Shown here one piece after another: positions 40,873-54,495 of a DNA stretch of 64,000 bases. The translations under genes and the position numbers were made by a program. This stretch comes from Lama guanicoe (taxonomy: Eukaryota): assembly GCA_013239625.1 (NCBI GenBank), contig MU054323.1, forward strand, positions 13,935,950-13,999,949. Reading direction: 5' to 3'. Position 1 is the first letter of the stretch. Every line of letters begins with the position of its first letter. Under the pieces are notes generated by a model. It made no database searches, was not told where the DNA came from, and saw nothing but the letters and a program-made list of their open reading frames with translations.

Positions 40873-43199
40873 TGGCATTCCACTGAAGGGACCTTACCCA
40901 CTGCATTCTCTTATACGACATTTACAAGAAAAATTTTGTCAGTGAGAATTATCTGATTATTGACCAGTGTACAGTTTGGGTTAGGAATCAACTGTTTACA
41001 GAAGCTGTCAAGAAAGCCAGCTGCCCTGCTTATAGACGCCTATGAGGCCTTGGGAAACTGAGTTTGGGTGCAGCCTCCTCCTTCTGGGAGAAGAAAGAGC
41101 CCTTGGTCTCAACTGCCTGTAGTCTCGACAACCAAGAGTAAGTGCTAGTAGTCATCACCTGGCAATGAATTCCTTACAGGGAATTTTATGTCTCCAAGAT
41201 TTGGGACAGTAAATAGAAATTGAATAATAGGGAGAAATTAAAATGTTCTGCCTAAAGTTAAAGTTAAACTATCTAAAAGGAATGAGAAAGTTAATATCTA
41301 CAGAAAAAACTACAGTTGGTTTAACTGCTCTTCTTTCTTTATAGAAGACAGTGAAGAAACATTTCCTTTATTCTTTACTTCCTTTTGCTTGCCTGCCTTC
41401 TTCAGTGTATACTGGCGTGATGGAAGCACTGTGTACTTTACAGTGGAATTAAACATGACAGCATGCACAGTCCTAGCACAAACCATGGAAATCTTGCTCT
41501 GCTTGTGTTACAAGGTAAACAGCCCTATGAAAGCGTTCTTTCTTTTGTGATTTGTTCTCCTACGTACTCTCTCAATCACCCTGCAGAAAATAAGCATTTT
41601 TTTTTTAAACTCAAGGTTAATGGGCAAAGGATGGAGAGGAGAAAGATGTGACTTGAATCCACACATACTGCATTTCTCAAAATCTGAAAACCTTCATTGT
41701 ATTGTAAACGTCTAGATAAACCATGAAGTAATGTTCAGCTGAAACCATGAAAATTAGATTTTCCTAAATTAGCTTGAAAACTCATCAGTGCCATAAAAAC
41801 TCTAGTTTCTGTAAAGCATGGTAGATTGAAACTAACTTTGCCCAAATGCCCTTGTGTAACAAGGATAGGTAAAACCAAAGCAGTGTGACACATCTGGAAG
41901 TTGCTGAGCTGAATATCAGATGTGAGCAAAACCTTCCCAAAGCCATGATTGAATACTAGGAGCAGCCCCTCAGTACACTTTTTTTCCCCCTAGGCAGGAT
42001 AAAGTTTTATAACTATAACCTCAGAACTAAATAAAAGTCATCCTAATTAAAGAGAATTTGCTAAAGATAAAATCCTGGGATGAGTCTTTGGATATGATAT
42101 TCCCTATGGAGCTGAGCCACATTTGCTGTACACTGCCAAATATTTTTGAGGTTGAATTACTCTGTGGCTTGTTATCAATGGATTTTCATCTATTCTTTTC
42201 GAATCAATGATTTCCTTTGTTGGCTTTAGACTGTTCTTTGTATTCTTTTGACACTCATACAAAAGATGTCTGATTTTAGAAATTGTTTGCTAAAAAAATC
42301 CAACATCAGGTGAGTCATTCTGTCCATTAACCACCTCTGTTCTTCACTTTCATGTGCACTGTCTCTCCAATGGGGTTTACGTCATTCTGTGTTGAGCTCG
42401 AATTCCACTTGAAAAGCAAGTGTTTGTTTCTGGTCTCAGCAGTTCTTCAAACTTTCTCTGTTTGCACCCACTTCTCTGGTTCTCCCCACCACCATCCTTA
42501 TCCAGACTTTTATATAGGACTTGTAAATCATCAAGGTGAAAAGCAAGAATGATGCATTTCAGAATGAAAACTTTAGATTTATCATCAGACTTCTTGCCAA
42601 GAATTTTCCAAACCACTTAGGTATAACAATTGCTAGTTTTTATTCCTCAGTTGTGCTATTTTATTTTTTTCAATAATTGTGCCACTTGCCTATATTTTTA
42701 TATCTTTTACTTTACTTTTATTATGTTAATTACTGAAAGGTATTCAGATTTGCAGCTGAACCAACCTATCTGAAAGGCATGTATTCCGAGTTTGAAATAG
42801 CGAGTTTGTTTCCTTTTTAAAAGGGCAGTTGGGGTTTTCTTTAATTGTAGAAATGGAGAACATATGTATATGATAAACTTTGAGTAGTAAGAGAGTCACA
42901 CATTTTTAAAGTTAACATAGTTAAGTTGGCAGAAATCTATGGTGCTATTTATAATCTTTATTATTTGAGTATGTCTGATATTGTTAGATGTCTGTTATTA
43001 AATGTTAGATTGCTAAATCCAGAGGACTGCTCTGAAGTATGGACTTGATATATTTTTACTGGATAATCAAATATAAGAAAACTGAATTTTACCTTCTTAA
43101 CAAACATAGATAAAATTTTTTTTTAAATACTCTGAATTATCTGGGATGGTCTTGTCTACTGCATTAGGGAGATAGTAAATGTAGATAAGCTCTGAAGGG

Positions 43200-43410
43200 A
43201 GGCAACTAGTATTCAAATCTCTACTCTCTTACTAGCTACCTCTGAGTTTTTTTGGTTAATTGTTCAAATGTTTTGAGCCTTTTTTTCTCATCAATAAAAT
43301 GGGGATGATAATTTTACTTCTTTCATAGAGTTCTTATGAAATTTTTCTTGTGAAAGGTTTTAACACATTGTCTAGCACATATTAAGTACTTGAAAAATAG
43401 TTATTTATTT
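43200..43410 (+). mobile_element. MIR SINE
   Basis: TTCAAATCTCTACTCTCTTACTAGCT...CTCATCAATAAAATGGGGATGATAAT. Confidence 0.7.
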
Positions 43411-44196
43411 TTGTAGTCAGAATCAGAATTATTTTGTGACACACCTTTCCAAATTGAATCAATTTAGGACTTTAGGGAAACATTTGGCAAGTAAGTCATC
43501 ACTTATTAAAGCAGGCATACAAGGGTAGTTCTTTAAGATGTTTCTGTTTATTATGTTATCTAGATAGTTATTTTTTAGAGATAGTTCGGCTAGTGACGTG
43601 CATCCCAAACACTTTTATTTTAAGGACTTGGATAGCACTTCTATGTTAATATGATGCAGAACTTGAAAACCTGAGTCATTGGTTCAAAAAGATTCAAAGC
43701 TCATCTAGAAATAATGCTGAAATAATGACTTATTTTTATAGGTTCAATCATCCTTCTCTCTTTTGACAGTTGATTTAAAGTCTTTGTCTAGCATATCAAA
43801 TATCTGGGCTTCCTCAGAGATTGCTTTTGTTATATTTTTCCTTTGAATGGTCTATACTTTTCCTGTTTCTTTGTATGTGTTGTGGCCTGTGGAAGAAGCT
43901 GTAGGAAGGAAAGCTAGAAAGTTAGGCTGTGGCCAGATTATGAGAGGCATTGTGTTCCATACTAAGGATTTTAGACTTAAACCTGTAGAGAGAAGAGTGA
44001 CATGATTCCCCAAATTAAGACTCCCACATTCTTCCTCCAAAACACATTTTTTAGGCAATGAGAACTAAGCGACTTTCCTGTGAAAGATATTTTATATAGA
44101 GTGAGGGACGAATGTTCTAGTCTCGTCTTTTTGTGTTACCTATATTTGCCATTCTACTCAAATGATCAATCCTACTCCTGTTAATTCCATTCGTAT

Positions 44197-44321
44197 GAGA
44201 GTCAGTGTAATGTAGTCTCTTGGAACAAGCTATCTAGGCTCAAATCCTGACATTGAACAAGTGTTTGGTTTTGCCTCAATTTCCTTATCTATAAAGTAAA
44301 GGTGATAATGATAATAATACC
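44197..44321 (+). repeat. Duplicated MIR segment (copy of 46025-46185)
   Basis: Roughly 90% identical by eye to 46025-46185. Confidence 0.9.
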
Positions 44322-44329
44322 TTGTGGAA

Positions 44330-45320
44330 TGACTTTACCATCTACTTTACTAGAGGAAAATAAAATGCTAGATGAGATGAGCTACTTCTGATTTCCTCCT
44401 TCACAATACACATTCTCAGTTACTGGATTTTTATCACTCCTTTCTTTACAGTCTGAGACTATTCTTCTAAATATTTACAACCTGAATCATATCATCTAAG
44501 TAATATCATCCTGTTAGATCTTCACTGATGATCATCTCTCTTGCTTGCATTTCAGTTCACTCCAGTCTCTCTTCTTTCCTTATCTGCTGAAAAGCCTTGG
44601 ATGTTTTCGTTTTTCTCATCACTTACCTCATTTATTGGAATCCCTGGAATCAGAAGTCCACTTATCCAACCATTCTACTAAAATTACACTCTTAAAGATA
44701 GCAGTGATATCCTAGTTAGCCTACTAGGAACTTTAGCTCCACCCCAGTGTTCACCTTCTCATCAGTAATTGGCATGTCCCACCTCTTTTGCTTTCCAACA
44801 GCCCTATGTTTGGATTACCCTAAACACTACTGTATGTTCAGCTACAGTGGTTTTCCCCTTCTCCAAAGACATCAAAACTTTCAAAGAGAGAAACAAGCTT
44901 CTTCTTGCCTCAGGGCCTTTGTCCTTGTCATTCCTTTTGCCTCAAATGCTCTGTCATAGATTTTTGCCTGGACATTTTCTTCTTACCATAGAAGTCTCTG
45001 TTCAATGTCAGTTTCTTAGTGGGGCAGTCCTTTAACAGTCTAAGTAGCTCTACTCCTCTTCTGCAGTCTTAACAAATTGCATTATCTTCATGCAACCCTC
45101 TTTACTTGTTTTCATAGCACTTACCACTACCTCAATTTCTTTGTTGTATTTGTCTTAGTTTTTCCTTCCCCATGAATACATAGATCCTTGTATCTTTGTA
45201 TCTTTATATATGGACAGTTGTTTTATTCTTACACCTTTCTTTATAGACAACTGTTTTATTCAAAACCTTGAGAAACAGCTGATGCATAGTAATACTCAAT
45301 ATAATACTGATGAATATATA
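44330..45320 (+). mobile_element. L2 (RT 3' part and tail), degraded
   Basis: TCTTGCCTCAGGGCCTTTGTCCTTG...GCCTCAAATGCTCT...TTCATAGCACTTACCACTACC...ATAGTAATACTCAATATAATACTGATGAAT. Confidence 0.7.
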
Positions 45321-46024
45321 AGTGGACTAAAAGGCTCTTTCTTTTATCTTGCCTTCTTTCCTTCCTTTCTTCCTTCATTCTCTCCTTTTTCATTTTTCAG
45401 AGTTTATAAAAACACGGTTATTTAATTAAATTTTTTTTCAAAATATTTCCTTTTAAACAAATCCTGGGGGTAAGGTAAGCAAATCAGCCAAACTATGTAA
45501 ATGTACACCTTGACCTTGGTTCCTTTCTAATTTGTCTTTATAGTCTCTTCCCCAAGGGATATATCATGATTTGGGCTAATGCTAAAAGTCTAGATCTTTG
45601 TTCTTGACCTCTCTCATTTTATAATTTATTTAACCTTACTTAGAAAGCTACTCCTGAGTGGCCCATTCAGTACTAATTATTATGCAAACTTAAAATGTTG
45701 TGTCAGACACTATTGCTGCAAAGATGAACAAGACATAGTTCTTAGAAACGTACATTCATATTCTTATGGACTAATAATTTACAGTCTAATGAGGAGAAAT
45801 AGATATGTAAAAATTAAATTCCCTGGTAAAAGTGCTGTACTTGCAGGTAGTACAGCTTGAACTAGGAGCAGGAAAAGAGGCCATGAGCTGATAGCATTTC
45901 ATGTTCAGTTTTATTAATAAGAATGAGTCCTTCCCAATCAAGTCTACAAATATTAAGTTGGAAAATATTTATAAAGTTCACTAATTAATATAGGTACCTC
46001 TAGGAGTAATATCCTATCAAGTTA

Positions 46025-46135
46025 GAGAGTTGGTGTAATGTAGTCTTTTGGAACAAGCTATCTAGGCTCAAATCCTGGCATATTGAAGAAGTGTTTGGTT
46101 TTGCCTCAATTTCCTTATTTGTAAAATTAAGGGTG

Positions 46136-46184
<49 letters not shown>

Positions 46185-46290
46185 CACCTTAGTAAGTTAG
46201 TAAGTTATTGTGAGAATTCAAAGAATTTATGTAATTTACAGAGACAAGCACTGTTTAGCACAGAGTACTCAGTAAGTTTTACTTATTTGT
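46025..46290 (+). mobile_element. MIR SINE with internal (AAT)n expansion
   Basis: GGCTCAAATCCTGG...CCTCAATTTCCTTATTTGTAAAAT...GTTATTGTGAGAATTCAA...TACTCAGTAAGT. Confidence 0.75.
46136..46183. repeat. (AAT)n microsatellite
   Basis: Direct reading. Confidence 0.95.
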
Positions 46291-47333
46291 AATTTATTCT
46301 GCACTACCAAACAAATCCTTGAATTCCACAAACAAAAAAGCAAACACACAGTGAGTTTTATCAACTTGTATTTCCATATTTTTACATTTTTGACTTTTGC
46401 TTTTCCCTCTGGTGAGAATTACCTTACTGCTGTGTGTTTCAGTACTGTTACATCTTCCATGCTTCAGAGTCCCTGACAGCCCTGAAGGACTTTCCATCCA
46501 AGCTCATTGTTATGGATAAAGCCTGCCATAGTTTTCTAGATAGTCATGGCAAAGTGCTGTGGTCTTTCTGTGCGATGGTGGAGTGTAGGGAATGCTGTCT
46601 CACCTCCTCTTTACACTTTTCCTTTGGGTAGTTGCTTTTTCTTCTGTTGTATTTTTATTTTCAACACCTGCTTGTTAGGTAAATGTATCCATGTGATACA
46701 CCTGCTTGTCTATAATTTTTTCTTTATTTTTGTTTGCTAGCCACTTAGTTTTCTTTATTTTTAAGAGGCTGCCAAAATTTTGAGTTTGTTTCAAAACTGA
46801 AATTTCCAGAGTACTTAGTTAATAAATCATTGCGTAATCTTTAAGGCCAAGAGCAACAACAACAACAAAAATGCAGATAAGATTCTACTTAGCTCGTACC
46901 ACAAAGATTCCTTAGTAAATTTTGATCAGTTTGCAAGACATTGTGTTTGGAGGTGGATACTGAAGGAGACTGCTTTAAAGGAATCTTCTTTAATGGTTAC
47001 ATCTCACTTTCTTCTGGGCGTAAGAGTTGTTTAATGAATCTGGTCAAAACAACAATAAATATTTTTATGGCACTTAACAGACATTCAAGTGCCTTCAAGT
47101 GCATTTTCTTATTTGATCCTCACAACTAGTGGAGAGATAGGCCTTATCACCTTCACCAGATGCTCCTGTTTTTCTTTGAATATCTTTTCAATGAAGAAAC
47201 TAGTTTTCCTTCAGTGTGCAGGTGCACACTGACGCAAATATCTCTCCAGATGTTTTCTTTTCCAGCAACCATCGGGTCATCTTCCTCTGACTTTCCCAGC
47301 TGGTTCTGCTCAATGAGCATCTGCCTCAAGGGC

Positions 47334-47523
47334 CAGTGGTTCTCAACACTGATTACATCTTAGAAATACTTAAAGAGTTTTAAAAAAAAAAACTTTGTGT
47401 TTGGGTCCACCTTTAGACCACCTGCATCAGAATTGTGGGGCAAGATGGGAAGTGCTGAGGCAGAGGTATTTTTTAAAAGCTTTTTGGTTGACTTTCACAG
47501 GCAGCAAAGTTTGAGAACCACTG
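47334..47523. mobile_element. MER5-type hAT-Charlie MITE
   Basis: Perfect 13-bp TIRs CAGTGGTTCTCAA / TTGAGAACCACTG, ~190 bp. Confidence 0.88.
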
Positions 47524-47817
47524 CTATAGATGCTTAGAGCTGCTTTCTCCAGAGATCGAAAGCTATTTAATTTCAGTTTTCTACAGACAGAACCTTTATA
47601 TACTATCAGTACCCTCATTGTCTTTTCTTTTAGGGTAAGTGTATAACTTCCTATTTATTTCTTAAAATAACAATAAATTTTATTTACATACTGTTTTATA
47701 ATTAAAGTATTTTCATATGCTTTACTTCTAAATGTATTGTTACTATCCCATTTTATAGGCATGGAGGCTCAGAGAGGGTTTCAGGCTGCAGATTATAAAG
47801 TTTGTTAAGTAGTATGA

Positions 47818-47862
47818 TGTGTGTGTGTATGTGTGTGTGTGTGTGTATGTATGTGTGTGTGT
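47818..47862. repeat. Interrupted (TG)n microsatellite
   Basis: Direct reading. Confidence 0.9.
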
Positions 47863-47931
47863 GGTTGGGGAGAGCAGAGGAGAGGGCAGTCCAGGTTTTC
47901 TGACCTCTAATTTGATGAACTTTCCTTTTCT

Positions 47932-48096
47932 TTGCTATTCATAGTATGGTCCATGGGTCCACAGGACCTGCATCATCACCTGGAAGCTTGGTGAAAGTGT
48001 AGAACCCCTGGCCTAGTCTATATCTACCAAATCAAAAGCTGCAGTTTAACTACTTATTCAGGCGACTCAAATTTTCATTAAGGTTTGAAATCCCTG
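47932..48096. mobile_element. MER5A-like MITE
   Basis: GCATCATCACCTGGAAGCTTG...GCAGTTTAAC...CATTAAGGTTTGAAATCCCTG. Confidence 0.7.
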
Positions 48097-49539
48097 CTTT
48101 ATACCATGCTACCTGTTGGCCTTTTTAGTCCTGTATTTTGTGATGGCGTCATATAAATGTGTTACATAAACTGATATTACAAGGGATAATTTTTCAGAGT
48201 TCTTGCCTATAGTTTTCCCTCTGAATCTTGTTTTCCAGTCTTTTCATTATGACTCAGGGCATTTTTTTCCATAAGCTCGCCTACTGCCCTGAGATGAATC
48301 TATGTTCATTTTCGTCTGCTTTGAATTTTGCAGGTATGAGAGCTCTGAGGATCCCACGAGAGTTGCTGTTGCTTTTTCACTGTCATAATTTTCCTCCTTT
48401 TCCTGAGCCAGAGGATATAACCTAGTAAAATGCCAATCAGACGTCTATTAAACTTTAGATTCTCAGTGGGTCTTGCCGAACTCTTGTTCCTTGTTGTCAT
48501 CACTCACAGTCCGTAAGAGGACGTCAGGGATCTCATGCAGTTATATCTTCCCTAATAGGTATTCTCTCTAGAAACGTGAATTGAAAAGGTTCCTAGTGAT
48601 GGGCATTTCAGTTTACTGAGCTCTGCATTTCTCTCTGCTTCCCTAATGAGTTCGAAACCTAAGAAGTAAAAGAGAAGACAGAAAGAACTATTGTGGATAC
48701 CACAGTTCCGAGACCGGGGCTCTCCCATGGCTACTGCAGTTGAAATAAAGGAACAGGTTGTTTTCTGAATCTGAGGCTAAGATGAAGAGTTGCTGCAGCA
48801 TGGAAAGCAGTCCAGACAGCCTGTCCCCGATCCACTGTGCAGTTTCTGCAACACACCAACTGCTCTGGGCTTGAATTGCTTTACTGCTTCTCTGTGTCTG
48901 TCTCCACCCCACTATTTCCCCATTCTCAGATAAATTAAGGACTTTGTGCTCCTTGGAGGAGAGAATACACAAAGCTCCAGCTATGATCCTAAAGTGAATT
49001 TGTGGCTTTCCTTTGAAAAGTATAGGTGTTTGCCAACTGTATGTTTGATATGTAAAAGTAACTGTGGTTAGGAATAAAGCTAAATTTATATGAGAAACAG
49101 ATACATTCATATTACATATTAAAAAATGCAAGCAAAACACAAACTGGCCTTTGTTTAAATCCCTGTAGCTCTTTTTTTATAGCTCTCATGGAGCACTTAT
49201 ATTTTGCCTTGTATTACAGTACATATTTATCTTTGTACTTGATTATGAGCTGCTTGAAGTGTCTCATTTTTATATTCCTTAAAGTGCCTGGCTCAGTGCT
49301 TTTCCTATATAGCACAGATCCCCACTGGAGTCAGTGCATATGTCATTAAGTAATGGGGGAAAGAAAAAGATGAGTCGGGGCACTCAGTTCTATTCCTTTT
49401 TCAGACACTGAGGAGAAAGATAAACTTGAGGAGAACAGTAAATATCCCTGGATTTTGTTTCTTATTTGTAAAACGTAGACTTAAAAAGGGAAGATCTTTC
49501 AAACCCTTTTTAATGTGATGATTCTAGCGTTATGAGTTG

Positions 49540-49810
49540 GAGATGTGTGACACAGCTAAGTAGAAAAGCCCAGCTGGAATCTCAGGTGAGACAAGGCTGT
49601 TGGAGGTATGTTTGGGAGTGTCATTGGCTATGGGTCTTTGTCAAGCCATAAAAGAGGATGAGATCTCAAGGGAAGAGTGCAGAGTAAGAAATGGTTTAAG
49701 GTGGGACTCTTGCCAACAGCTTATAAAGGATAAGTGGATGGGAAGCCCATGGTGACCGATGAGAGGCAATATTGATGAGTAGAAGGAAGCTAAAGATAGG
49801 GTTTGGTCAG
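49540..49810 (-). mobile_element. L2 fragment
   Basis: TTTGGGAGTGTCATTGGC...AAGCCATAAAAGAGGATGAGATCTCAAGGGAAGAGTG. Confidence 0.6.
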
Positions 49811-51240
49811 AGAAGTCTCGCCACCTCCCATGTGAAGATAGATTGTAGGTTTTGTGGTTGCATTTTTGCTGCGTAGGTGTGTCTGAAGGATGGGGAAACT
49901 CAATTCTACCTCCTCAGCATCACCTGACTCTCAGCTGCCCTTTCTTCCCCATGCCCCTGGGCTTCAGGACACTAAACATGATCTGGGTACCCTACTCCTT
50001 GTTCACTCATATTCCTTATTACATATTAAACTTTCACAAATGATACCAATTTTAAAAATAGGGACTCAGTGTTAAATCTTTTCTTTGCAAATACATAGCA
50101 TAAACCTCACACAGCTTTGTCTGACACACGAGCACCTTAACCACCTGATATTTTTCATTCAGCCTTTTTCAGACTCACGCTGTCTCAGTCCCAATCCAAA
50201 TATCTTACTCTGTCAATGTTAGATGATGGTCAGCTCACAAATAGACCACGCTCTTCTACTCTGTTATGCCCTTGATGATCTTGTCTCTCCGCCCAGTGAG
50301 CCTTGCTCATTTTTCTTCTCTTGACAAATGTCTATTCAGTATTTAAAACATAGCTCAAGCATTTCCTTTTTGGGTTACCCTCTCTTTAGGTTGTTTTGTA
50401 GCTCTCATATTTTGTTCCAGTAACATTTTGTGTATGTTGCATTACTCTTTTTATCTTATCCTGTTATTTGTTTTCTATACACACTAGGTTGAATCCTTGA
50501 TGGTTTTATTGTTGCTAAGTCACAAGTCACATTTTTCGGTGAGGGTCCAGATTCATGAATCTTGTTCTTTTTTTTGATTGACAAAATCCACATGCATTTG
50601 CGGGTTCCTCTCATATTCCTGGAACTGTGAAATGTGCTGTACTACAAGGTCATAGGCGTGATGTAGATCTGTGCAACTGACAGCCAATGTGACCTTGTTA
50701 AAGTTACATTTCCTGATTGATAGCATTAGTTCAAGGGTACACATTGAGGCATACCTCTGATACTGACCATATTAATATTATCCTAGATGATACATCTGTA
50801 TTAGAACATTTTGCAGCCCTATGAAGGGATTACCTTCATTATTTCTTTGTAAGCAGCTCAAAAAGGTGAATAGATCTACATCATATTGGAGTTGCTTTCA
50901 ATTCCATTATTAGCTAGTATATTGTATCACATATAGAAAGATTCAGCATAACATTTTAAGTGAATGAATAACCTTTTTTCCCCACGAAAAGGTGTTTTCA
51001 ACCAAAAGTATGTCCTTTCTTAAGAGGGCTTAGCAAAGTAACTTAAGGCAGGTATAAGAAAATAAAAATACCTAGGACTAAAATGATATATTTCGTACAT
51101 GTGTTACAATTAGAATTTAAGCTAACATTGTTGGTTTTTTTTTTTAATTTCCGTAACATTGACTTATCCCAAATATTATTTGAAGAAGCTATCTAGCATG
51201 ACTTCATAAGCAAGTTGGTGACAAATACCTGTGGCTTCTT

Positions 51241-51572
51241 TCTTTTTTTCTTTAACATTTAAAAAAATTGGAGTTTAGTCAGTTACAATGTGTCAATTTC
51301 TGGTGTATAGCATAATGTTCCAGTCATGTATGTATGTATATATACATATATTCATTTTCATATTCATTTCTATTAAAGGCTATTATAAGATATTGAATAC
51401 AGTGCTATACAGAAGAAATTTGTTTTTTTAATCAATTTTTATATATAGTGGTTAAGATCTGCAAATCTCAAACTCCTAAATTTATCCCTTCCCACCCCTT
51501 TCCCCTGGTAACCGTAAGATTGTTTACTATGTCTTCGAGTCTGTTTCTGTTTTATAGATGAGTTCATTAGTG
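51241..51572 (-). mobile_element. Young 5'-truncated L1 (3' UTR only) with 15-bp TSD
   Basis: TSD TACCTGTGGCTTCTT at 51226-51240 and 51573-51587; T-rich tail; C-rich tract CCCTTCCCACCCC. Confidence 0.92.
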
Positions 51573-52929
51573 TACCTGTGGCTTCTTCTAATAGCTGTCT
51601 TCATTTCTTCTCATGGCTGTCACCAACAGTTTGTTTAGTCTAGTTTACCTACTCAGTTGTTGATTAACCCAAATCAAAACTACAAGCAGTAAAAGTCCTT
51701 CAACTTTTCTGTGTCTGCTTACTTAATTTGTTGTCAAAATACCTACGTTTCTCTGAAGTGTAGATATTTTTAATGGACCTAAGTAAGCTATGCTATAAAT
51801 TCATCTAGTATGAAGTCTAGGCCTCATAATTTCTTCTAATTCTAATAATTAATTCCAATAAATAATTCTAGTTTCAATATCTTATTATCCCTTAGAGAGT
51901 TTAAAATCGTTGTGTTTTTTCCTTCAATCAATTGAAAGAGAAAGACTAAGAAAAGCATTGCACTAACCACGTTGCTTTGGAATTATACATTTTTCACATG
52001 CCTGTCTCCAGAGTATAAATGTTCTTTTTTCAATCTACCTTTTATCTGAGGTATCTGCAGTGGTTTTTGGTATATGGTTGATGTGCTAAAATCTTTGCTG
52101 CTCCACGTCAGGTAGTATATTATCCTCTGGTTTTCCTTTATCATCCAGAAAGGAAATTGTCAGCTGTTTGCTTCCTCAACTTTTTTTTTTTTTGCTTCCT
52201 CCTCTTATTCTAATATTTCCATTGAATTCATTAATTCCATAGGGAAGCATGTCACGTAGAATCAGATACATTTGCTTTCTGAGACAATTTTCTTACTAAA
52301 AGAATTTCAGGAGGGGAACATTACAGTTTGCATTGGATCATAATTTCTCAATGCGTTTAAGAAGACCTTAACACATATTAACTTCATATATAGAAATGCA
52401 ATGGTTGAGCACTTAGATTCCATAAAGCCATGAAAAAATCTTTTACTTTTAGTCAAAGATTAAACATCTTCATAGTATTTTCTCCCTAGGGCTTGTTTGA
52501 AGGATTGATTAAATGAGTGTGGCATCTAGTCTTTCTTACCTGCATTATCTAACCAGATATGACTGTGTGGTTCTTAGCATCATTTTTACCTATGGTTCTT
52601 AACAGAAGCACTGTTTGCCAGATAAATTGCTTTCCAATCAAAAATAAAAAACTACTAGCTTCTGAATAGCCAGTTCCTGCACAATTTTTATATTTGAACT
52701 TAGACCCATTTTCATAAAATTGAAGGTTTGGATCTCTGGTACCTTTGCTTCCAGGATGGCATTCCAGAACAAGATAATGTTACCTTGGATCCTGTCTTTG
52801 TCAGGAATCTTAGTCTGTTGGTTATTCTCTAAGAGAATAAACCCATGGTTTTTCTTTTATCTCTGTGGCTACCATGTCTCATTGTTGCATTATTAATATG
52901 GCTTCCTCACCTCAAACATTACATAAACA

Positions 52930-54495
52930 TTACATTTAGGAATTCCTTAAGGCCTGGTTCTACACTCTAGTCTCTCTATGTTGTCTCCTAAGCAAACTTA
53001 TACACACCAGTAGTTTTACCAACCACCATAGGCACATGGCTCACAAATAAATGTGTATCTCAAGCCATGATGTCTGCTCTGTGCTCTGAGTATATATAGA
53101 TAGATAGCTGCTTCTTTTTTTTTTTGCCATTTTGAGGAGAATGTCTCAAAGACACTTAAAATTTAACTTAGCCAAACTAAACTTGTGGTTGTGCTCCCCA
53201 GACCTGTTTCTATTTTCTTGTTTCTTATGTCAGTGAAGAGCCCAACTATCTACCTATTAGTACAAACCAGAGAATTAGAACTCATCCTTTTCAACTATTT
53301 CTTTCCTTTTCCATATGAAATCTATCAGCAAGTATTATATATTAAATCTCCTAACTAGTACCTGAATCTTCCATCTTCTCCATAAGTGAGAAACACCCTA
53401 GTCTAAGCTATCAGTCATATGAATGTATTATAAAATGCTGATATATTCATCTACCTACATCTCCTTTGACTTCCTTGTAATGCTTTCTCTACATGGCTTA
53501 GAACAAAAATCTAGTAAGATGATGTAGAACAGCTATTTTCATAGTGCAATTTGGGGAACTAGTCAGGATTTCTACAAGGTCAAAATTATTTTATTAATAC
53601 TACAAGTGTTTCACTCTCATTCTGTCTTAATGGACTGGTGTTTTCCATGGTAACCTGATTTGTGACATTGAAATAGAACAAATGCAGAAGCAGATGTGAG
53701 AATCCAGTTGTCTTCTACTGGGGCAAATATTAGAGGCACTTGCAAAAACAAACAAACAAAGATCACTCTTCTAATTCTTTTTTATTTTGAGATACATAGT
53801 TTTTTAAAAAATAAAAATAAAAATGGTATTCATTTTATCATGTAATAGATTTATTTTTGTTATTTTAAATAAATTAATAAATCTTAAAATTTCTCATGTT
53901 TAATTTTTAAGATAGGATTGAGAGCTATAATGCACATTTGAGCAAAAGCTCTTTGGCATTCTCAGTAACTCTTAAGAGTGTAAAGGATCTCTGAAACATT
54001 TGAGAACCACTGGCCTGTAAGGTCATCAGTGGCCTGGTCATTACCTAACTTTCCAAATTCATCTTTCTTCTCATCACACCTCTCTTTTTCTGCTTCATAA
54101 AGCCTGACTCATTTTGGTCCTTTTTTCTTGCCTTATTCTCTTCCAGGACAGGTCATTCTCCCAGAAAGCCTTTTTCCTACTTTCTTTATCCAGTAAACTT
54201 CAAGTCATTCCTTAGATTTCATCCTCCAGTTGTCATTTCCTTAGTGAAGCCTTCCTAATCTTCTTGACTGGGTCAGGTTAAGTATTTTGAGATCTCATAG
54301 CCTTTCTACCTCTCATTCATGTTTTGGTAATAATAGAACATTTGTTTCTGCCATTTAGTTTCTGTCTGAAGGCCCACTAGCTAAAAATGCCAAGATATCA
54401 GGAATCAAGGCTGTTTTTGTTCAACACTGAAGCTTCAGTGCCTAGCATAGTACCTGGCACCTGGTAGAAATTTATTGAATGGATAAAATGAATGA
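52930..54495 (+). mobile_element. L2 interrupted by Charlie1
   Basis: L2 RT-like region from 52930; tail AGTGCCTAGCATAGTACCTGGCAC...TTATTGAATGGATAAAATGAATGA. Confidence 0.75.
53535..54012. mobile_element. Charlie1-derived hAT element (Charlie1a/b-like)
   Basis: AATGCAGAAGCAGATGTGAGAATCCAG...AAAAGCTCTTTGG...AAGAGTGTAAAGG...TTTGAGAACCACTG. Confidence 0.8.

Noticed and set aside
46664..46709. 12-bp direct repeat ACACCTGCTTGT with short spacer
   Set aside because: No poly(A) or element between the copies; an ordinary micro-duplication.
48688..49140. 150-aa minus-strand ORF
   Set aside because: Non-ATG start, no recognisable homology or exon boundaries.
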